Below the pieces are notes generated by a model, which was not told the DNA's origin, ran no database searches, and was given only the letters and a program-made list of their open reading frames with translations. Both the position numbers and the translations under genes were made by a program. Below are positions 25,620-32,451 of a stretch of DNA of 37,441 bases, in pieces (position 1 is the first letter of the stretch; each line of letters opens with the position of its first letter). Source of the DNA: Bacilli bacterium. Lineage in GTDB: Bacteria > Bacillota_I > Bacilli_A > RF39 > UBA660. The stretch covers positions 1-37,441 of the forward strand of contig JAQUUG010000002.1 in NCBI GenBank assembly GCA_028693965.1, written 5' to 3'.

Positions 25620-26283
25620 AAGTATTTTATCGGACGTTACAGGGACGCTAGCAATTAGTGATGGACTTATCTGTATTATATCGTCATTGGTATTAGGAAT
25701 TATTATTGCCTTTGTTCATATGCATAGTCAAAGGTATACCAAAAATTTTATTATCTCTTTAGCTCTTTTACCGGTTTTAGTTCAAGTTGTAATTATGATG
25801 GTAAATGGCAATTTAGGAACATCAATTGCGGTAATGGGAGCCTTTTCATTGATTCGTTTTAGGAGTGTTCCTGGAACTTCCAGGGAATTAATTAGTGTCT
25901 TTTTTGCAATGGCAGTTGGACTTGCTATTGGTATGGGGCATGTTATGTATGCATCAACTTTCACTGTAATATTGTCAGCGGTATTAATTATTATGAGTAA
26001 AACAACTTTTGGAGAAAGTAAAAAACATTATCAAAAACTTAAAGTCTTAATTCCTGAAAATTTAGATTACAATCATGTATTTGATGACGTTTTTAGTAAG
26101 TATACTAATCAATCTAGATTAGATAAAATTAAAACAACTAATATGGGAAGTATGTTTGAATTAACTTATATAGTGATTTTAAAAGATGGTAATGATAAAC
26201 ATTTTATTGATGATTTAAGGTGCCTTAATGGTAATTTAACAATTACTTTATCTAGTAATCTAGAAAATATTAATGAATTATAA
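25612..26283 (+). CDS. DUF4956-like membrane protein (usual partner of bacterial VTC proteins)
   Basis: 8-nt overlap with the VTC gene. Four TM helices with FSLIRFRSVPGTSRELISVFFAMAVGLAIGMG, then a soluble C-terminal domain. Confidence 0.65.
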   Translation: MFKSILSDVTGTLAISDGLICIISSLVLGIIIAFVHMHSQRYTKNFIISLALLPVLVQVVIMMVNGNLGTSIAVMGAFSLIRFRSVPGTSRELISVFFAMAVGLAIGMGHVMYASTFTVILSAVLIIMSKTTFGESKKHYQKLKVLIPENLDYNHVFDDVFSKYTNQSRLDKIKTTNMGSMFELTYIVILKDGNDKHFIDDLRCLNGNLTITLSSNLENINEL

Positions 26284-26557
26284 AATTAAAAAAATTGATA
26301 AGTAAAGTAAATCTTATAGTGGAACATTTTAAATATAAATATTAATTAAATAAAATAGTATCTTCTTTATTGATGGTGCTATTTTATTATAGGAAGAAAA
26401 GTTAGAAATTGAAATTATTTTATAAAGATATAATAATTTAAAAATCCAGCTTATAAATGGGATTATTATCTTCATTCTAATTTTTAATTTTGATTGTATT
26501 ATCAAAAAAACTTTATTATTATTTTATATGTGTTTTTGTGATTGATTAATAATTTAA

Positions 26558-26586
26558 TTGTAAAAATAAATAGATTATGATATTAT
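26558..26586 (+). promoter_or_regulatory. putative promoter TTGTAA-N17-(TGA)TATTAT
   Basis: -35 at 26558-26563, 17-nt spacer, and an extended -10 TGATATTAT ending at 26586. Just upstream of the small pilin gene. Confidence 0.4.
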
Positions 26587-26602
26587 ATAGTTATAAAAGT
26601 AG

Positions 26603-26924
26603 GTGTTAAAAAGGATTTACTTTAATTGAAATGATGGGCGTTCTTGTAATAATAGCTGTGATTGCATTGATAACAACGCCTATTATTAATTATATAATTG
26701 GTGAAATAAAAGAAAATGCTTTTAAAAATAGTTTATATAGTGTTTTTAGAAGCACAGAATATTATTATAAAGAAAACAGTTATGAAACAATACCTACTAA
26801 AGGACTAGATGTTACAAGTGATAAGATAATACTAAAAAATAAAAATGAGGATTTAGATTTAAAAAATGTCACTAATAATGTCTATTGTGGTAATGGTTAT
26901 GTTATTATAACTAAAGTCAGTTAA
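26603..26924 (+). pseudogene. small prepilin-like protein with defective start/leader
   Basis: The frame is open from 26610 and reads KGFTLIEMMGVLVIIAVIALITTPI (a perfect pilin N-terminus). No start codon precedes it in frame (TAA at 26607-26609). GTG 26603 is out of frame by one base across an A5 tract (26608-26612). Confidence 0.5.
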
Positions 26925-26942
26925 AAAACAGTTATTTATGCT

Positions 26943-26974
26943 TAAAAGAACATATCATTAGATATGTTCTTTCA
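26943..26974. terminator. bidirectional terminator between convergent genes
   Basis: AAAGAACATATC-ATTA-GATATGTTCTTT: a 12-bp perfect stem. Confidence 0.65.
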
Positions 26975-26983
26975 ATAGTATAT

Positions 26984-27481
26984 TTATATAGTTGCTTGTA
27001 AATAGTCAATAGTAACATCAAAATTTACACTTTCTGGATTAGCATTAGTTGATGATGCATTCCAAGTAATAACAATTGTTCCATTAGTAACTTCATTAAC
27101 ATTCAGTGTTTCACCAACAATATTAGATAATCCATTAATAACAATATTAAAGTCATCAGTACTATTGTCATTAATATTTAAATTGCTAACGGTGGCTGGT
27201 AACGAACCAGTATTTTTAATTGTGAAAGAAATACTAACGGAGTCACCAGGATATGTTAAGTCGGCATCAACAGTTAAAGATGTTTTAGTACTATCTAGCG
27301 ATGCTGTAGCCTTCGCATCATCTGATATACTAAAACTACTAAATTCAATCTTAAAATCACCAGTTCCTGAAGCTGTACCAGAAATATTTAAATTCGCAGC
27401 TAATAAAGCATAAACTCCGGTTAAAGCTAAAGTAAAGAGTAGAAGCCCGACTAATACCATTTTGTTTTTTTTCTTGTTCAA
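26984..27481 (-). CDS. secreted S/T/N-rich beta-type protein, candidate SipW substrate (TasA/camelysin-like role, homology unverified)
   Basis: TTG start after RBS AAGGTGGTGA. K-rich n-region, hydrophobic core, then VYALLAANLNISGTASG. The mature ~135 aa has alternating polar/hydrophobic beta-strand character. Confidence 0.6.
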   Translation of the reverse strand: MNKKKNKMVLVGLLLFTLALTGVYALLAANLNISGTASGTGDFKIEFSSFSISDDAKATASLDSTKTSLTVDADLTYPGDSVSISFTIKNTGSLPATVSNLNINDNSTDDFNIVINGLSNIVGETLNVNEVTNGTIVITWNASSTNANPESVNFDVTIDYLQATI

Positions 27482-27622
27482 AATATCACCACCTTATAAA
27501 TACATTATTAGTATACCTTTAATAAAAATATTTAAACTCATATTTCCAAACAGCCAAAAATTACTAATTAGTATAATATTAAGCTATTAAATCATAATAA
27601 TAATGATGTGGTATGTGATAAA

Positions 27623-28420
27623 ATGAGAAGAAAAAGAAAAACAAAAATAATTTTAATAATAGTTTTAATATTAACAATGAGTCAAGTTGCTTATGCTTAT
27701 CTTAAAACGTCTTTAAACATTACAGGGCAGGTAGGTGGTAATTATGACGATTCTTATGTTTTGGACAATAATAGTACAAAAGATTTAACAATAACTAATT
27801 TAGAAGTTAATAGTTGGCAAAATGGTAATATTTATTATTATCAATATACTTTTAATGTAAATAATGTCAGTTCCATTGATTACGATAATTTTAAATTACT
27901 GCTTAATTTCAGTGCTGATGTGTTGGTTACAAATATATGGAATTATAGCTATGAGGAAGAAGGAAGTTCTATAACTATTATTAACAATAGCTATGATTTA
28001 AATACTAATAATACTTTAATTGTTTCTTTTATATTACAAACTTCAGTATCTAATTTAAAACTAATAAAAATTAAAATAAGTGCTAACAAAGATACTAATT
28101 TAGTAACTTCTGATCAAATGCAAGTAACGTTTAATAAGACTAATAGTTGGGGAACTTATACATATCAGTATGAGGTTATCATTACTAATAATAGCGGCAA
28201 TAAAATTACTTATTGGCAAATTGAACTGATTTTACCAAACACTACTATTTTTAAAAGTGGCTGGGGTGCTACATACGAAATGAATAATAGTGTTTTAACT
28301 ATTAAAAATGCTAGTTATAACGGCCGAATAGAAAACAAATCTTCTGTTACAATTGGTTTGCAATTAACCACTACTGATGTTAATTTTAAACCAAGTAACT
28401 ATAGTGTTTTAATTAGGTGA
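27623..28420 (+). CDS. secreted protein with two tandem CBM2-like beta-sandwich modules and the same signal-peptide motif
   Basis: MRRKRKTKIILIIVLILTMSQVAYAYLKTSLNITGQVGG. Each module shows the CBM2-type pattern (SW..Y.YQY...I.N.S...I..W.I.L.....I...W.A.Y......L.I.N..YN..I....S..IG). Confidence 0.55.
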   Translation: MRRKRKTKIILIIVLILTMSQVAYAYLKTSLNITGQVGGNYDDSYVLDNNSTKDLTITNLEVNSWQNGNIYYYQYTFNVNNVSSIDYDNFKLLLNFSADVLVTNIWNYSYEEEGSSITIINNSYDLNTNNTLIVSFILQTSVSNLKLIKIKISANKDTNLVTSDQMQVTFNKTNSWGTYTYQYEVIITNNSGNKITYWQIELILPNTTIFKSGWGATYEMNNSVLTIKNASYNGRIENKSSVTIGLQLTTTDVNFKPSNYSVLIR

Positions 28421-28424
28421 TAAA

Positions 28425-29567
28425 ATGAAAAACAAATTATATTTAGTTGGATTATTTTTATATGTTATTTGCTATAAACTATTAATAAATAATTCAAATT
28501 ATTTTTTTATTTATATTATAAATCCTACTATTTGGCTTATTTTAAGCACTTATATCTTTTTTCATAATAAAGATATTTATTATAAATATCAAAAGCAAAT
28601 TATTTATCTTCTTTTTATTATAGCTACTATTTATAATTTAATTTATTATGGGCTAGGATTTATTTTTGGATATGCTAACAATGCTTATGATACTAGTTTA
28701 GAAGGAATTATTATTAATCTATTTAGTCTTGTTATAGTTGCTTTTTGTAAGGAATATATTAGAGCTTTTTTAATAAATAGTATATTTAGAAACAAATTTT
28801 TTTACTATTTCTTAATAACTATCTTTTTTATTATAAGTGATTTAAATATTCAAACTATATATAGTGATATAACAGATAAAAGTGATATATTTATTGTTTT
28901 TTTAGAAAATGTTACACCTAGTCTTACTTATAATTTTTTAGCGCTTTTTCTAATTATTCACGGTGGAATTTGGTCAAGTTTTATATATAAATGTTCTTTT
29001 ATTATTCCTAGTTTAATAATAAATATTACGCCTAAGTATGAACTTATGGAAACAACGATATTTAATGTTTTAACTCCTGTTTTTACATATTTATATATTA
29101 ATTATAATATTGAAAAAAAGAAAAAAGATTCTAAAAGATATATTGAATCTCCTAAAAAATGGATACTCATTTTTTCATTGTCTTTAGTATTATTACTCTT
29201 TTTTTTAGGTGTTTATCCAGTTAAACCTGTAGTTATATTATCAGCTAGTATGAAACCTAGTATAAAAGAAGGTGATTTAGTTATTGTTACACCTTGTGAT
29301 ATAACTAATATTAAAGAAGGCACTATTATTCTTTACAAATTAAATAATTATCAAGTTTTACACCGTGTTGTTGATGTTATTAATAGCGAGGAGGGAATAA
29401 AACTAGTTACTAAAGGAGATAATAATAACAAAAAAGATAGTGGTAGTATTTCAGAATCAAATATAATAGGGTGTTATCAATTTCGAATCCCTTATTTGGG
29501 ATATCCATCTTATTTATGGCATAAATTTTTTCAAAATCAGGAAGTTGATGTAGAAATTGGTGATTAG
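28425..29567 (+). CDS. SipW-type (ER/archaeal-type) signal peptidase I with ~260-aa polytopic N-terminal extension
   Basis: RBS AGGTGA overlaps the upstream stop. The C-terminal ~115 aa carry SASMKPSIKEGD (Ser nucleophile box, nt 29241-29258), VLHRVV (His box) and KGDNNNKKD. They are preceded by about 8 predicted TM helices plus the canonical anchor. Confidence 0.75.
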   Translation: MKNKLYLVGLFLYVICYKLLINNSNYFFIYIINPTIWLILSTYIFFHNKDIYYKYQKQIIYLLFIIATIYNLIYYGLGFIFGYANNAYDTSLEGIIINLFSLVIVAFCKEYIRAFLINSIFRNKFFYYFLITIFFIISDLNIQTIYSDITDKSDIFIVFLENVTPSLTYNFLALFLIIHGGIWSSFIYKCSFIIPSLIINITPKYELMETTIFNVLTPVFTYLYINYNIEKKKKDSKRYIESPKKWILIFSLSLVLLLFFLGVYPVKPVVILSASMKPSIKEGDLVIVTPCDITNIKEGTIILYKLNNYQVLHRVVDVINSEEGIKLVTKGDNNNKKDSGSISESNIIGCYQFRIPYLGYPSYLWHKFFQNQEVDVEIGD

Positions 29568-29578
29568 GTGGTGATATT

Positions 29579-30619
29579 TTGAAAAAAAATGACAAGTACC
29601 GCATTATAATTTTATTGTGTACTGTCTTTTTAATAGCTATTTTATTACTATTAAATGTTTTTTTTAGTATCAAAAAATTATGGTTTCGTAGTGTTTTATA
29701 TCAGGGCAATATAACTCATAATATGAATTATGAAGTACATATTTTTGAAAATAATTATATTGAAAATGATGTAATAACTAATAACTATTCTTTTATTACG
29801 GATTTAGTAGATTACCTTGTTTTAAATTATAATTATACATATAACTTTAATAAAACGATGAATCTAAACTATTCATATGTAATAAAAGCTAATGTTATTA
29901 GTAATGATGAAGAAAATAGTACTAATCCGGTCCTAAATAAGGAATATATTTTATTTTCAAGTGATAATAAGGAAATCTTTTCTAATACTATTAATATTAA
30001 TGAAAGTACCAGTCTTAGTTTAATAGAATATAATGATTTAATAAATAATTTTATCGAAGATTTTAATCTTTCTTTAACTAGTGTATTAGAAGTGAAGTTA
30101 ATTGTTAATATTGAAGGTGATATCAATGATAATAATATTAATAAGGAACATTATCTTCTTTTTTCTATTCCTCTTGATGCTAAGACTTTTGATATTACAA
30201 CTTCAACTAATTTTACCAAAGAAGAAAAAATTTATAAAAGTGAAGATATTGATGAAAAGGAAATATATGTTGATATCATTATAAATATCTTGGTTTTATC
30301 AATTTTAGTAGGATGTAGTTACTATATTACTAAACATATTTTAGATAAATATAATAGTAAATATCATATGGAAAAGACTAAAATATTAAAAGACTATGAT
30401 AGTATTATTGTTGAAGTTAAAAGTTTTGTTAATTACATGAAGTGGGAAACGGTAGAAGTTGAAACTTTTGAAGAATTATTGAATCTCTCAAATGAAGTTT
30501 TTGAACCTATTTTCTTTTTTGAACAAGGAACATACGCTAATAGGGAAGCTTGGTTTTGTATTTTAAGAGAAAAAGTTTTATATAAGTATGTCATTTATAA
30601 ACAAAATAGTGTAAAATAA
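29579..30619 (+). CDS. bitopic membrane protein of unknown function (N-terminal anchor, ~200-aa ectodomain, second TM, ~90-aa cytoplasmic tail)
   Basis: TTG start after RBS AGGTGGTGA, 11 nt after the peptidase stop. TM1 is IIILLCTVFLIAILLLLNVFF and TM2 is IIINILVLSILVGCSYYI. May correspond to the DUF5305 family, but that is from memory only and unverified. Confidence 0.55.
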   Translation: MKKNDKYRIIILLCTVFLIAILLLLNVFFSIKKLWFRSVLYQGNITHNMNYEVHIFENNYIENDVITNNYSFITDLVDYLVLNYNYTYNFNKTMNLNYSYVIKANVISNDEENSTNPVLNKEYILFSSDNKEIFSNTININESTSLSLIEYNDLINNFIEDFNLSLTSVLEVKLIVNIEGDINDNNINKEHYLLFSIPLDAKTFDITTSTNFTKEEKIYKSEDIDEKEIYVDIIINILVLSILVGCSYYITKHILDKYNSKYHMEKTKILKDYDSIIVEVKSFVNYMKWETVEVETFEELLNLSNEVFEPIFFFEQGTYANREAWFCILREKVLYKYVIYKQNSVK

Positions 30620-30650
30620 AGATATAAGTTAATCTTAGAAAGTCGCATGA

Positions 30651-30776
30651 AAAGTTTTGAAGACATATTTATTGAATAATGGAACAGTAAAGGCTACAAA
30701 ATCTAATACTTATGGTCAATTAGACGATGGCACAAAAGTTAATAAAACAACCTCTGTTGATATTATGTTTAAATGA
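30651..30776 (+). pseudogene. RCC1-repeat-like gene fragment
   Basis: A 41-codon open frame with no start reads KVLKTYLLNNGTVKATKSNTYGQLDDGTKVNKTTSVDIMFK. The G.V.a.G.N.YGQLGDGT pattern is recognisable. Confidence 0.3.
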
Positions 30777-30895
30777 GTGCATTTCAATAAGTAATGAAAG
30801 ACAAAATTTAATAAAGTGTAAATAAAAAATGTAAAGTTGTAATAGCTTAACATTTTTGTTATAATTAGTTATATCATTGGATATAGGAGGCAGTT

Positions 30896-31414
30896 ATGGA
30901 TAAATATATTCCAGATATATACCAGCAAAGTATATATACGATTGATTATCAAAAATTAAAAGATTGCGGTATTAAATGTTTATTATTTGATTTGGATAAC
31001 ACTTTAGTACCTGCTAAAATAGATGAACCAACTAAGAAAGTAAATGAATTATTTAAAGAACTTAAAAAAGATTTTAAAGTGATTATTTTTTCTAATTCTC
31101 ATAAGAGAAGAGTATCAACTTTTAGTGAAAAATTAAAGGTAGATTTTTATCATTCAGCTTGTAAACCTTTCACAAAAAATTTTAAAAAGGTCATAACTAA
31201 TAATGATTATAATATTAGTGAAGTTGCTATTATTGGAGATCAAGTTTTGACAGATATTATTGGTGGTAATAAAGTTGGAATAACGACTATTTTAATTAAT
31301 CCTGTTAGTCCTATAGACAGTTTTTTTACTAAAATTAATAGACATATTGAAAAAATCATTATTAATAAACTAACTAGTCGTAATTTATTTTTTAAGGGTC
31401 ATTATTATGAATAA
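30896..31414 (+). CDS. yqeG: YqeG-family HAD-IIIA phosphatase
   Basis: LLFDLDNTLVP, IIFSNS and GDQVLTDIIGGN motifs. RBS AGGAGG. Extended -10 TGTTATAAT at 30857-30865. Followed by yqeH, as in Bacillus. Confidence 0.85.
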   Translation: MDKYIPDIYQQSIYTIDYQKLKDCGIKCLLFDLDNTLVPAKIDEPTKKVNELFKELKKDFKVIIFSNSHKRRVSTFSEKLKVDFYHSACKPFTKNFKKVITNNDYNISEVAIIGDQVLTDIIGGNKVGITTILINPVSPIDSFFTKINRHIEKIIINKLTSRNLFFKGHYYE

Positions 31415-32393
31415 AAAATGTCCGGGTTGTGGTAGTGTTATTCAAAATGAAAATATTAATGAAGTTGGTTATGTTAAAGAATTAAACAGTGATATTTGTG
31501 AAAGATGCTTTCGTATTAATAATTATAATGATTATAAAAAAGTTCAAAAAAGTAATAGCGATTTTATTAATATTTTAAAAGATATTAATAAAACAAATGA
31601 TCTAGTATTACTAGTTGTTCCTTTATTTGATTTGCCAAAAAATTTTCATTTAATAACTAAAGAATTAAATAATGATATTTTATTGGTTTTAACTAAAAGA
31701 GATTTACTACCTAAAGTAATAAAAGACGAAAAATTACTTAATTATATGGATAATTATAACATTAATTACGTTGATAAAATAGTTATAAGTTCTAAGAAAA
31801 ATTATCAATTAGATGAATTATTAGAAAAAATTAATCAACATAAAAGAAGTAAAAATGTTTATGTAGTAGGTTATACTAATGCTGGTAAATCAAGCTTAAT
31901 CAATAAAATGATTTACAATTATACAGATTTAAAAAATACAATTACTACTAGTATGCTTCCTTCAACTACAATTGACAATATTGTTGTACCAATAAATGAT
32001 GATTTAACATTAATTGATACTCCAGGTATTATTGAGGACGGTAGTATTGTTAATCATATTTCTTTAGAAAAACTTAAATTAATATTACCTAAGCAAGAGG
32101 TAAAGCCGATAACTTACCAAATTAAAAATAAACAAAGTATTATTGTTGATGATCTTTTAAGAGTTGATACGCAAAATACTAATTTGACCTTTTATTTTTC
32201 TAATCAGTTATCGATTAATAGATATTATAAAACGAACAAACTAGATGATTTGGTTAAAAGAGATTTAATTGTTAACTATAATAGTGATTTAGTTATAAGT
32301 GGTTTTGGGTTTATAAAATGTGTAAAAAAATGTAAATTGACAATTTATATTGATAATAATGTTGAAGTATTTGTAAGAAACAGTTTAATATAA
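31407..32393 (+). CDS. yqeH: ribosome biogenesis GTPase YqeH
   Basis: N-terminal zinc ribbon CPGCGSVIQ...CERCFR. Circularly permuted GTPase motifs TKRDLL, GYTNAGKSSLIN and DTPG. Confidence 0.9.
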   Translation: MNKKCPGCGSVIQNENINEVGYVKELNSDICERCFRINNYNDYKKVQKSNSDFINILKDINKTNDLVLLVVPLFDLPKNFHLITKELNNDILLVLTKRDLLPKVIKDEKLLNYMDNYNINYVDKIVISSKKNYQLDELLEKINQHKRSKNVYVVGYTNAGKSSLINKMIYNYTDLKNTITTSMLPSTTIDNIVVPINDDLTLIDTPGIIEDGSIVNHISLEKLKLILPKQEVKPITYQIKNKQSIIVDDLLRVDTQNTNLTFYFSNQLSINRYYKTNKLDDLVKRDLIVNYNSDLVISGFGFIKCVKKCKLTIYIDNNVEVFVRNSLI

Positions 32394-32408
32394 CTGTTTC
32401 TTTTATTA
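32377..32408 (+). terminator. intrinsic terminator overlapping the yqeH stop
   Basis: AGAAACAGTT-TAATAT-AACTGTTTCT followed by TTTATT. Confidence 0.55.
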
Positions 32409-32451
32409 CTTAATATGGTATAATTGTTGTATAAAGATAGGAGTGTTATTC

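Noticed and set aside
28425-29200. CPBP/CAAX-protease-like motifs in the N-terminal extension of the SipW-type peptidase (KEYIRAF, FLIIH).
   Set aside because: Spacing does not fit the EExxxR / FxxxH / HxxxN signature (E-x-x-R instead of E-x-x-x-R, and no third motif in a TM helix). The resemblance is likely chance in a hydrophobic sequence.
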